From a candidate division WOR-3 bacterium (GTDB lineage Bacteria; Hydrothermota; Tepidihabitantia; Tepidihabitantales; Tepidihabitantaceae), in the NCBI GenBank assembly GCA_965648905.1, contig CBFGIT010000023.1, forward strand, positions 1 to 41,385: a stretch of 41,385 nucleotides of DNA. Direction: 5' to 3'. The notes under the pieces were generated by a model, which saw only the letters and a program-made list of their open reading frames with translations, was not told the DNA's origin and ran no database searches. Positions 8,766-17,232 of this stretch are shown here, one piece after another (the first letter of the stretch is position 1; each line of letters opens with the position of its first letter). Made by a program: the position numbers and the translations under genes.

Positions 8766-8811
8766 GCAGGAGTCATCAGCCCGAGGGGCGGTTCTGGGGG
8801 ACTCCATCCCC
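8766..8811 (-). ncRNA. fluoride (crcB) riboswitch
   Basis: Minus strand GGGGATGGAGTCCCCCAGAACCGCCCCTCGGGCTGATGACTCCTGC matches the crcB pattern (GATGGAGT...AACCGC...GCTGATGACTCCT), with the GGAGTC/GACTCC pairing; lies in the antiporter 5' UTR. Confidence 0.93.
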
Positions 8812-8824
8812 AAGAGCGCACTTG

Positions 8825-8852
8825 ATTCTAGCCGGAAGCTGCATCTTCGCAA
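8825..8852 (-). promoter_or_regulatory. promoter TTGCGA-N16-TAGAAT for the riboswitch/antiporter operon
   Basis: -10 at 8830-8825 lies just upstream of the aptamer. Confidence 0.55.
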
Positions 8853-9021
8853 GCCCGGCCGTTATTCCTCAGTCCGAAATGAGCCGCCAAGCCCACCATC
8901 CGAAGCCGGGGTCCAACCTGCTGATAGAACTGCCGACTCGCCTGCTCGCCAGCCCGCAATTCGACACGCTCTCTGAGGTAGCTTCTTGCCCGGCGCGTCG
9001 CCTGCTCCAGCGTGCAGTCCA

Positions 9022-9181
9022 ATGGTTTGCGTGCTCGCTGACTGGCTAATGTCTGCTGGTGTACATACCCTGAGCTGGGATGGCCGTGACTGGTTCGGCC
9101 AAGAGGCGGCCCCCGGGGGTATACGTTCTTAACGCGAATCTGGGCAGCAGGGCCACAAGAAAGCTGCTGTTGAGCTACTAG
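9022..9181 (+). pseudogene. frameshifted remnant of an FlgD-Ig/T9SS-like C-terminal domain
   Basis: MVCVLADWLMSAGVHTLSWDGRDWFGQEAAPG, then a frame change in the G5 run 9115-9119 to VYVLNANLGSRATRKLLLSY*; resembles the CTDs encoded at 20656 and 28198. Confidence 0.7.
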
Positions 9182-9264
9182 TCGCTCTTTCCCAGGACTT
9201 GGGCTGGCGACGCTGCCAGCCCACACCGGTTATGCCCGGCCCCAGAAGCACAGGTCTGGGGCAG

Positions 9265-9309
9265 AAAAAACCGGGCTTGGCTAGACGTTCTTCACGTCTA
9301 GCCAAGCCC
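9265..9309 (-). terminator. intrinsic terminator
   Basis: Perfect 15-bp stem (9273-9287/9295-9309), 7-nt loop, followed on the minus strand by GG and T6 (9265-9270). Confidence 0.85.
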
Positions 9310-9364
9310 AGGCTCAGTCTGGCTAAGCTACTTCGCCTTTACTCGTGAGCCTTGACGCAACGCG

Positions 9365-9415
9365 TCATGGAGGCCCGAGCGGACCAGGCCGCGGGGGAAT
9401 CGGAATTCCGTCCAT
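9365..9415 (-). CDS. 16-aa proline-rich peptide MDGIPIPPRPGPLGPP (below ORF-track cutoff)
   Basis: SD GGAGGT (9426-9421) 5 nt before ATG; sigma54 promoter upstream; terminator downstream. Confidence 0.6.
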   Translation of the reverse strand: MDGIPIPPRPGPLGPP

Positions 9416-9454
9416 TGGTTACCTCCGTTTGGCGTTTGCCTTCGGTACCAACAT

Positions 9455-9470
9455 AGCAACTACAATGCCG
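9455..9470 (-). promoter_or_regulatory. sigma54 (-24/-12) promoter
   Basis: CGGCATTGTAGTTGCT: GG-N10-GC with GGCA and TTGC boxes; ~165 bp downstream of a sigma54 activator gene. Confidence 0.75.
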
Positions 9471-9634
9471 CAGCGACAATTCTGTAAGTGTCGAGTTGAA
9501 GAGACTTACAGAACCGGTCGCACCACCTGTCACAGTCCGGGTCGACGATATTCTGTCGCACTAACTAGGCCTGGTGCTGTAAGTCATTGCAGATTGGCCC
9601 GTTACGATTTGGCTGTCGCGTGGTGCGACGACTG

Positions 9635-12600
9635 TCAGGAAAGCGATGTGCGGTCAATTCGATAGCGACGAATAAGTCTCTGAAGTTGACGACGATGGGT
9701 TGCCAGCAGTTCGGCAGCCTTGGAGACATTACCGTTGGTCTCGCGCAGCGCAGAGACGACCTGTTCACGTTGCAGTATCCGGCGCTTGGGCGAAACGGGC
9801 ATGGCTGTGCTCTCAGTTCCGTGAGCTGAGAGGCGGGCGCCAAGGTCCTCAAGGGATATCCTGCGCTTCTGGGTCATGATGACCGCACGTTCGATAACAT
9901 TGGCCAGTTCCCGAACATTGCCTGGCCATTGGTAGCTGTTGAGCGCGGTGAGAACCGGCTCCTCAAAGCCGGTGACCGGCTTATTGAGCTGGTTGGCGAA
10001 GCGCCGGAGCAGGTAGTTGGCGAGCAGCGGGATGTCCGGGCCGCGTTCGCGCAGGGCCGGGACGTGGATGTTGACGACATTGAGGCGGTAATAGAGGTCT
10101 TCGCGGAATCTGCCTTCAGCGATGTCCTGCTCCAGGCTCCGATTGGTCGCACAGACAAGACGGACATCGACCTGGCGGGTTGCGGTCTCGCCGACGCGGC
10201 GGATTATCTTCTCCTCAAGCACTTGGAGTAGTTTGGCCTGAATCCCAAGCGTCGTATTGGATATCTCGTCCAGGAATATCGTGCCGCCTTCGGCTGTCTC
10301 AAACAGGCCTTCTTTGTCGCGGACCGCGCCGGTGAAGGAACCGCGGGCATGACCGAAGAGCTCAGACTCAAACAGGGTCTCAGGCAGGGTGCCGCAGTTG
10401 ACCGGCACGAACTTCGCGCCCCGGCGTTCACTCTTCGAGTGAATCAGACGGGCCAGTACACCTTTGCCGGTACCGGTCTCGCCGGTGAGGAGCACGGTGC
10501 AGTCGGTCGGCGCAATTCGGTCAATCACCTTGTACACCTCGCGAATCGCTTTGGAGCGACCGATGAAAGCGCCGGTAACCGCATCGACCAGAATGTCGTC
10601 TCGGCTGGCGGATATGTCGTCCTGGAGCCGGCGGAAGGCCACCGACTTGTCAATGGTCGCGGCAAGGAGATTGGCGACCGAGGTCAGAAGGTTCTTGTCT
10701 TCCTCGAGGAACAGGTGAGCGGTAATCCGGCTGTCGAGATAGATGGTTCCGATTACCCGGTTGTCAACCCGGAGCGGAACGCAGAGCAGGGAACGGATCT
10801 TGTTGAGCACGACTGAGTTGGCCGCGTTGAAGCGCGGGTCTGAGACCGCATCCGAACTGAAGACAAGCTCTCCCCGACGCCTGACCTTGCGGATTACTGA
10901 ATGGGAGACCGTTTCCGCATCCTGAAGTGTGGCGTGATCCACGTTGCGCGCCGCAGCCGGAATCAGCTTGTCACCGTGGATGAGAAAGAGCAATCCTCGT
11001 TCTGCCTTGGTCAGGTCGATAACAAGATCAAGCACCCGCTCGGCAAAATCGTCTTTGTCGAGGTCAAGCGCGATCAGCTCGCTCAGATGATAGTAGGCTT
11101 TGAGGTATTCGCTGCGCTCTCGGGCCTTGAGCTGCATCGCGGCCGAAATCTGGGTCAGGGTCTGCATCAGGTCCTCGGCGCGGCCGAGGTCCGGTTTTGC
11201 CCCGAGGTGCGACAGTATCGCCTTTGCCTCTTTCAGGTTCTCAAGGGCCTCGTCGAGCTGCGCCTGAGGCACGGGTCTGACCGCAAGCGGCATCACCTGG
11301 CCGAGCGGGACGGTATCGTTCTGGCGGGTAATGGTCTGCACTGCGGCAAGCAGTGACAGAGCAAGCTCGTGCTTCGCACCCATTGACCTGAGCAGCTCGA
11401 TGCTCCGTTTCACGAGCTGGCCTGCCTTCTCGGTGTGGTCAAGCTGGGCCTGAGCAAGCCCGGCATAGCGCAGGGCAATCGCGTACTCCTTTGACGACGG
11501 ATAGTCCGAAAGCGCCTCAAGCGCCTTGTTCGCATGGACCTCGGCCCGCTGCGGGTCGCGCGTGGCCAGCCTCAAGCGGGCGGACAACGTCTGTAATTCG
11601 CCGCGCTGACGCCAGTTTGCCGGGTCCCGGGCATACCGCCAGGCCTGAACCAGGGCGGCTTTCGCCTGGTCGTACCGCTCAGCAGTAAGGGCGTAGTTGG
11701 CCTGTAGAACCAGATGGTGAAATGTCAGGTCCGGGTCGCCGGTCTGGGCAATGAGTGCCCAGGATTGATTGAGCAGTTCCTGTGCCGCGTCCAGCTCACC
11801 CTGATGCGTCTTGAGCGCAGCCAGGTTGGCGATTGCCGCGGGCCGGCCATAGGTGGCGCTGCTGTCGTAGAGCGCAATCGCCCGCTCAAGATGCTGCTGC
11901 TCTTCGGTCCATTCGCCGCGCTGGTCAGCCGCCATCGCGATGTTGGAGTGCAGGTCAGCCTGAGCCTGAACGTCGTTTATCCGCTGGGCCAACGCCAAGG
12001 CCTCGATGAAATGGTCATAGGCCCGGTCCCATTCGGCCTCGTCCAGAGCAATCAGACCCAGCCCCTGGAGCGCACGTAGCAGGTAGTACACGTCGCCGGT
12101 CTTACGGTGATGGGGCAGATAGCGCTGGTAGTAGTCGCGGGCCTTGTCCAGTTCGCCTCTTCGCCACCAGAGCGTGGCGATGAACTGACTGGTCTTGGCG
12201 GTATTATGGTCATCCCGGATCGTCTCGTACACGCCCAGACTCCGTTCGGCGAGCTGGAGCGCAAGGATGAAGTCGTATCGGCTCCAGGCAAGGACCGAAT
12301 AGTAGTAAAGCGTGCGGGCGGTAAGCTGATTGTGCTGCACCGGGTCAGTGTTGCGCAGCTTGTCGGTCAGTTGGATCGCCTGAGTCAGTAACTGCTCGGC
12401 TCGTTCGAAGTTGTGCACCGATGTGTAGGACCAGCCAAGGTCGGTAAGGATGTGAATGTGGGCCGGTGAGTTCTTGTCCGGCTGCATCAGCATCGCCTGA
12501 TTGAAGTAGTTGAGCGCCTCTTCGTTCTGCCCCTGTTTCTGGTGAACCAGGCCGAGCTTGCGCAGGAAACGGGCGAGAATGCTCTTCTCCCGGCTCAGGT

Positions 12601-14866
12601 CAGCGTCGGCCACGATAATCGACATTCCCTGGGTGTAGATGTCGATCGCCTCAAGGTAGCGACCTGTGGCCTCGCGCAACTGCCCCACGGTCTCAATCAA
12701 CTGGATGCGCTGACGGGGACTCGCAATCTGGGCCGAAAGGCCGAGTGCGGTCTCGTAGAAACTGAGCGCCTGCTCAATCAGACCCAGTTCGTGCGCCCGG
12801 GCTCCGGCTCTGACCGAATAGTCGTAGGCACGGTCCGGAATCGCCGCCTGGGTGTAGTGGTGGGCAAGGTCGAAGATCAGCCGGTCGATCCGGTCCGGAT
12901 AGAGCAGTTCCAGAGCCAAGGCAACCCGGCGATGATAGTCGCGCCGGGCTTCGGCCGACAGCCGCTCGGTAACGGTCGCCTCCAGAATCTTGCTCGACAG
13001 GATGTACGCCGGGTTGGTCTCGCGCGAGAACGTCTTCAAGAGCCCCAGCGCCATCAGCCGCGCGACGGCATTGAACAGGGTCTTGTCGTCGTAGCCCAGC
13101 ACCGCCCGCAGCAGCTCCAGCTCAAACGGCGCAGCGGCCGCGGCCCCGGTCTGCAGCACGGCCAGCTCCTCACCCTGGAGCTTGTCCAGTCGCCGCTTCA
13201 CAACATCGGTCACCGTATCCGGCGGCCGGTACGCGGCCAGCGCGTCCTCAAGCAGCAGCCAGCGCGTACCGCGCAGCTCCAGAATCCTGGCTTCAATCAG
13301 TGAGTGGACCGTCTCGATGACAAAGAGCGGATTGCCGCCGGTGATGTTCATGCACCAGTCCACGAGCAGCGGCATCTTGGGCAGCTCGCCGAGCAGCGAG
13401 CCAAGCAGTGCTTCGCACTCGGTCGCATCCAGCGGCGGCAGGCTCACCAGAAATGAGCACGGCCTGCGCTCGAACTCCGCAATCAGGTCAAGGAAACGCT
13501 TCTCCTTCAGCCCGGCAACGACAACCAGCAGTCGCTCGTTACTGAGACTGAACACCAGGTAGCGGAGAAACTCAAGCGAGGTCGGGTCAAACAGTTCGAA
13601 ATCGTCCACCAGCAGGATCAGCGAGTGGTTGACCCGGTGCGACGAGGACAACTCCCTGAGGCGCTGGGTCACGATGTCGAACAGCCGGAACTTCGATTCC
13701 TCGGTCAGCCCGGCTGAACCGTCATCAAGCGTGGGAACCGATGCACCGGTGTAGACCTGAAGATACCCGAGCACCCCTTCGATAAGCGATTGCGGCCGCG
13801 CGCCCAGGGATGCCGGCTCCACCCGCAGGATAGTTGCCCCGTCAAGCTGGGCAAGGAACTTGAATTCCGACAGCAGCCGAGTCTTGCCCACACCACGCTC
13901 ACCGGTGATGCAGACGACTCCGGCTTTGCCCGAAGTCGCACCGGCCAGCATCTCGCGCAACTGGGAAACGAACTGGGAACGGCCGACAAACCCCGGTGCC
14001 ATGAGGTACTTGCGCGCGCCGGCCGCAACTGCTGCGCCTGCTGCCTTGGGCCCAGCCAAGGTCTCAATCACTGCCGCGGCCGAACGCGGTCGGCGCTCCG
14101 GTTCCTTGCGTACCAGCGACATGACCAAAGCGGCAAAATCCTCAGGTATCCGGGTGTCAAACTTGGTTGGTGGGTCGAAGTCGGCGTAGTACTGCTGTCT
14201 AAGCCAGGCGCGCAGGTCCTTCTGACTCCGCGGTCCTTGGCCAGTGATTGTCTCATAAACTACAACGCCCAAGGAGTACAGGTCGGCCCGGGCATCAACG
14301 TCCCCGCCCTTGAACACCTCGGGCGCGATATAGCCCAGTGTACCGCGTGGCGTGCTTGCATCGGTCAGTGCGACCTTCTCGGCAAACCCGAAGTCAAGCA
14401 GCTTGGCGATTGGCTTGTCGCCGTCTGCGACAATCACGATATTCTCCGGCTTTAGGTCGCAGTGAATCAAACCCTGAGCATGGATGCTGTCCAGCGCCGA
14501 AAGGACCTGAATTGTAACGTCCACGATTTCAGGGGTATATCCGCTGACAAAGTGCTTGTTGATTGGAACACCGCTACAGAACTCCATGGTGAAATACGGC
14601 CGGCGTTCCGCGGTCGAGCCGAAATCAAGCGCGGCAACTATCCCCTTATGGGAGAAGCGCGACAGGTAGTAGAACTCGCGGTTGAGTCGCAGTTCGGCTT
14701 CCTTGGGTGCGTCCTCGCGCAACATCTTGACCGCAAGGGTGCGTCCGCCGATGATATCCCTAACTTTGTATACCTCGGTATGTTCTCCCCCTCCCAGGAA
14801 AGAAAGAACCTGGTATCGTTCGGATATTACCTGCGACGGCTGATACGTTCCGGCAGGTTGCTGCAC
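9635..14866 (-). CDS. Ser/Thr kinase - AAA_16 ATPase - TPR - GAF - sigma54 AAA+ - Fis HTH transcriptional activator
   Basis: Kinase AVKML, HCDLKPEN, DFG, GTLGYIAPE; Walker A GERGVGKT; TPR array; GAF SLLCVPL..IGTIYLD; GETGTGK, ESELFGHARGSFTGA, FREDLYYRL, WPGNVREL; HTH GNVSKAAELL. Start moved from ATG 14887 to GTG 14866 because a consensus promoter overlaps the ATG. Confidence 0.93.
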   Translation of the reverse strand: MQQPAGTYQPSQVISERYQVLSFLGGGEHTEVYKVRDIIGGRTLAVKMLREDAPKEAELRLNREFYYLSRFSHKGIVAALDFGSTAERRPYFTMEFCSGVPINKHFVSGYTPEIVDVTIQVLSALDSIHAQGLIHCDLKPENIVIVADGDKPIAKLLDFGFAEKVALTDASTPRGTLGYIAPEVFKGGDVDARADLYSLGVVVYETITGQGPRSQKDLRAWLRQQYYADFDPPTKFDTRIPEDFAALVMSLVRKEPERRPRSAAAVIETLAGPKAAGAAVAAGARKYLMAPGFVGRSQFVSQLREMLAGATSGKAGVVCITGERGVGKTRLLSEFKFLAQLDGATILRVEPASLGARPQSLIEGVLGYLQVYTGASVPTLDDGSAGLTEESKFRLFDIVTQRLRELSSSHRVNHSLILLVDDFELFDPTSLEFLRYLVFSLSNERLLVVVAGLKEKRFLDLIAEFERRPCSFLVSLPPLDATECEALLGSLLGELPKMPLLVDWCMNITGGNPLFVIETVHSLIEARILELRGTRWLLLEDALAAYRPPDTVTDVVKRRLDKLQGEELAVLQTGAAAAAPFELELLRAVLGYDDKTLFNAVARLMALGLLKTFSRETNPAYILSSKILEATVTERLSAEARRDYHRRVALALELLYPDRIDRLIFDLAHHYTQAAIPDRAYDYSVRAGARAHELGLIEQALSFYETALGLSAQIASPRQRIQLIETVGQLREATGRYLEAIDIYTQGMSIIVADADLSREKSILARFLRKLGLVHQKQGQNEEALNYFNQAMLMQPDKNSPAHIHILTDLGWSYTSVHNFERAEQLLTQAIQLTDKLRNTDPVQHNQLTARTLYYYSVLAWSRYDFILALQLAERSLGVYETIRDDHNTAKTSQFIATLWWRRGELDKARDYYQRYLPHHRKTGDVYYLLRALQGLGLIALDEAEWDRAYDHFIEALALAQRINDVQAQADLHSNIAMAADQRGEWTEEQQHLERAIALYDSSATYGRPAAIANLAALKTHQGELDAAQELLNQSWALIAQTGDPDLTFHHLVLQANYALTAERYDQAKAALVQAWRYARDPANWRQRGELQTLSARLRLATRDPQRAEVHANKALEALSDYPSSKEYAIALRYAGLAQAQLDHTEKAGQLVKRSIELLRSMGAKHELALSLLAAVQTITRQNDTVPLGQVMPLAVRPVPQAQLDEALENLKEAKAILSHLGAKPDLGRAEDLMQTLTQISAAMQLKARERSEYLKAYYHLSELIALDLDKDDFAERVLDLVIDLTKAERGLLFLIHGDKLIPAAARNVDHATLQDAETVSHSVIRKVRRRGELVFSSDAVSDPRFNAANSVVLNKIRSLLCVPLRVDNRVIGTIYLDSRITAHLFLEEDKNLLTSVANLLAATIDKSVAFRRLQDDISASRDDILVDAVTGAFIGRSKAIREVYKVIDRIAPTDCTVLLTGETGTGKGVLARLIHSKSERRGAKFVPVNCGTLPETLFESELFGHARGSFTGAVRDKEGLFETAEGGTIFLDEISNTTLGIQAKLLQVLEEKIIRRVGETATRQVDVRLVCATNRSLEQDIAEGRFREDLYYRLNVVNIHVPALRERGPDIPLLANYLLRRFANQLNKPVTGFEEPVLTALNSYQWPGNVRELANVIERAVIMTQKRRISLEDLGARLSAHGTESTAMPVSPKRRILQREQVVSALRETNGNVSKAAELLATHRRQLQRLIRRYRIDRTSLS

Positions 14867-14873
14867 GGCAGAT

Positions 14874-14901
14874 ATTATAGGCCGCATTGTGCAGTTGTCA
14901 A
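14874..14901 (-). promoter_or_regulatory. consensus sigma70 promoter TTGACA-N16-TATAAT (leaderless into GTG 14866)
   Basis: Exact hexamers; GTG 7 nt after the -10; 9-bp inverted repeat GCAGTTGTC/GACAACTGC (14891-14920) overlaps the -35. Confidence 0.75.
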
Positions 14902-14985
14902 GCTAGGCTGCGACAACTGCCGGCGGTGCGACATCGCTATAGTCCATTACCCCAGGCTGACTTATGATGTGACAACCCTGGCATG

Positions 14986-15013
14986 TTGACTTGCGGCCGG
15001 TTGCGACTAGACT
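14986..15013 (+). promoter_or_regulatory. promoter TTGACT-N16-TAGACT (leaderless into GTG 15022)
   Basis: Hexamers at 14986-14991 and 15008-15013; no SD before the start. Confidence 0.6.
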
Positions 15014-15021
15014 ACTGACGC

Positions 15022-15879
15022 GTGACACGTCGCCCGCGACAGCCGCTTGTTAACTTCGGCTACGTCTTGGCCGGCTCAGCAGTGATGGCGCTGGCCTACA
15101 ACCTGTTTTTAATCCCCCATCGTATTGTCCCTGGTGGCCTTGGCGGGTTGGCAATGGTTCTCAACTACTACGCGAGGTTGCCGGTCGGAGCGACAATCCT
15201 CGTACTCAACATCCCGCTGCTCATCATTGGCACCCGTCTGCTCGGCAGCGGATATGGCATCAAGACTCTGGTAGGGATAGCAGTCTCGTCAGCCATGATT
15301 GACGGCCTCACCTATCTGGTGCATCTTGAACCGGCAACCGACAGCCTGATTCTTGCCTGCATATTCGGCGGGGTCCTGCTTGGTGCCGGTCTTGGGCTGG
15401 TGTTCCGGGGCGGCGGCTCAACCGGCGGCTCGGACATCATCGGCCAGGTCATCCATCGCTACTCCAACCTCTCTACCGGCACTGCGATTCTGGTGGTTGA
15501 CTTCGTCGTCATCACCTTGGCCGGCCTTTCCTTTGCCAGCTTTGAGCTGGCCCTGTACGGCTACGTCAACCTCTACCTTCAGAGCCGGACCATCGACCTG
15601 GTCCTTGAGGGGCTCAGCTACACCCGGGCAATGTTCATTATCTCTGATTCTGCCGGTGCTGTTGCCCGCGCCATCACCGACAAGATGAAACGTGGCGCCA
15701 CCCTGATACAGGCGATCGGCGCCTACACCGGCGAAGGCCGAGACATGGTCTTTTCGGTCATGTCCAAACGTGAGGTCGCCCGGGCGCGGGAGATTGTCCG
15801 CGAAGTCGACCCTGGAGCCTTCGTCATCATCACCGACGTCTACGAAGTGCTGGGCGAGGGCTTCCGACCCAGGACCTAG
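15022..15879 (+). CDS. YitT family membrane protein (DUF161 + DUF2179)
   Basis: IVPGGLGG, LNIPL, GGSTGGSDII, C-terminal RGATL..AIGAYTG...VDPGAF...EVLGEGF. Confidence 0.92.
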   Translation: MTRRPRQPLVNFGYVLAGSAVMALAYNLFLIPHRIVPGGLGGLAMVLNYYARLPVGATILVLNIPLLIIGTRLLGSGYGIKTLVGIAVSSAMIDGLTYLVHLEPATDSLILACIFGGVLLGAGLGLVFRGGGSTGGSDIIGQVIHRYSNLSTGTAILVVDFVVITLAGLSFASFELALYGYVNLYLQSRTIDLVLEGLSYTRAMFIISDSAGAVARAITDKMKRGATLIQAIGAYTGEGRDMVFSVMSKREVARAREIVREVDPGAFVIITDVYEVLGEGFRPRT

Positions 15880-15882
15880 CAG

Positions 15883-16698
15883 GTGAGAATCGGCTTTCTC
15901 CAGTTTGAGCCGACGCGGCAGAACAAGGAAGCCAACCTTGCCCGGACAAACGCTGCCCTGACCCAAGCTGAGGTTGACCTCCTGGTCCTGCCCGAGCTCT
16001 GCACGACCGGATACCTCTTCTCAAGCCGGGCTGAGCTTGCGGCACTGGCTGAGCCGGTCCCAAACGGCCCGACCTGTCAGAACATGGTCCGGCTTGCGCG
16101 CAAGCGACAGCTCACCATTATCTGGGGCATGCCCGAGTCAGATAACGGGCTGGTCTACAACGCAGCAGTGATGGCCACACCCAACGGCGACGTGCACCAC
16201 TACCGCAAGGCCCACCTCTTCCTCGACGAAAAAGACCTGTTCGAACCCGGCAACCTCGGGTTCCCGGTCTTCCCGGTCAAAGACGTCCTGGTCGGCATGC
16301 TGGTCTGCTTCGACCACTTCTACCCTGAAGCAGCGCGGCTCCTGGCCCTGGCCGGCGCGCTTGTCGTCTGCCATCCTTCGAACCTGGTTCTTGATTCGGC
16401 CCAGAAAACGACGGTCGCCCGTGCCATTGAGAACCGGGTCTTCTGGGTTCTGGCCAATCGCGTCGGCGCTGAAGAACAGGGCAACAGACGACTTGTCTTC
16501 ACGGGCCGAAGTCAGATCGTCGCGCCGGACGGAACCGTGCTCGCTCAGGCCGGGCCGGACCGCGAGCAACTGCTTTTCGTTGAAGTTGACCCGGCCCTTG
16601 CCCGGAACAAGCACGCCACCCCGCGCAACGACCTGCTCGCTGACCGCCGCACCGACCTGTACCAGCTCCTTCCCGCTGACCAAGACCCGGGCCGCTGA
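15883..16698 (+). CDS. carbon-nitrogen hydrolase (nitrilase family)
   Basis: E-K-C triad in LPELCTTGY, YRKAHL, VCFD; RAIEN, ANRVG, FTGRSQIVAPDG. Confidence 0.93.
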   Translation: MRIGFLQFEPTRQNKEANLARTNAALTQAEVDLLVLPELCTTGYLFSSRAELAALAEPVPNGPTCQNMVRLARKRQLTIIWGMPESDNGLVYNAAVMATPNGDVHHYRKAHLFLDEKDLFEPGNLGFPVFPVKDVLVGMLVCFDHFYPEAARLLALAGALVVCHPSNLVLDSAQKTTVARAIENRVFWVLANRVGAEEQGNRRLVFTGRSQIVAPDGTVLAQAGPDREQLLFVEVDPALARNKHATPRNDLLADRRTDLYQLLPADQDPGR

Positions 16699-16733
16699 CC
16701 GAAAATCGGCCCGACCCTGTCACACGATTCTAC

Positions 16734-16778
16734 TTGACTTGGGCCAGCTTCGTGTTACGATTCCGGAATGCGTAACAC
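16734..16778 (+). promoter_or_regulatory. leaderless promoter (TTGACT-N16-TACGAT) overlapped by a NikR-type operator GTGTTAC-N13-GTAACAC
   Basis: Half-sites 16752-16758 and 16772-16778 straddle the -10 and the nikR ATG. Confidence 0.75.
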
Positions 16779-17220
16779 TCAGGCCGATGACGATGCTGGC
16801 GCGGTCCGGTTCAGCGTCTCGATGGAACCGGACCTGCTTGCGCGGCTGGACGAGCTGGCCGCAGCCGGCCGCACGCGCTCCAAGGTCGTCCGCGACCTGG
16901 TCCGTGACCGTCTCGCCCGTATCGAACTGGAAAAGGGCAGAGGCCCGGCCGTCGGCGTGCTGACCTACGTCTACGACCACGGCCAGCCTGACCTTGCCCG
17001 TCGGCTCATGGACGTTCAGCACGCAAGCCACGCCGCGGTCGTCTCGTCAACCCATGTCCACCTCGACCGCCATGACTGCCTCGAGGTTCTGATTCTGCGC
17101 GGCCCGGCCAGCCAACTGCGCGCGCTCGCCGACAGCATCCTCGCGCTCAAAGGCGTGCGTCAGGGAAATCTCTCCCTCACACCGGCCCGCTGCCCGCTTG
17201 CCCGACAGCACCATCACTAG
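16768..17220 (+). CDS. nikR: nickel-responsive regulator NikR
   Basis: Ribbon-helix-helix VRFSVSM..LL..LD..RSK.VRDL; YVYDH; STHVHLDRHDCLEV nickel site. Confidence 0.93.
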   Translation: MRNTQADDDAGAVRFSVSMEPDLLARLDELAAAGRTRSKVVRDLVRDRLARIELEKGRGPAVGVLTYVYDHGQPDLARRLMDVQHASHAAVVSSTHVHLDRHDCLEVLILRGPASQLRALADSILALKGVRQGNLSLTPARCPLARQHHH

Positions 17221-17232
17221 AAAGGACTCGAC

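Noticed and set aside
9323..9367. Sec readthrough of the peptide's TGA (would add RVASRLTSKGEVA)
   Set aside because: The only hairpin (TGACGC-GTT-GCGTCA) includes the TGA itself and lacks SECIS spacing; no domain continues.
14979..14994. TGGCATGTTGACTTGC as a sigma54 promoter for the yitT-family gene
   Set aside because: GG-to-GC spacing is 11 nt, not 10; a sigma70-type promoter explains the site.
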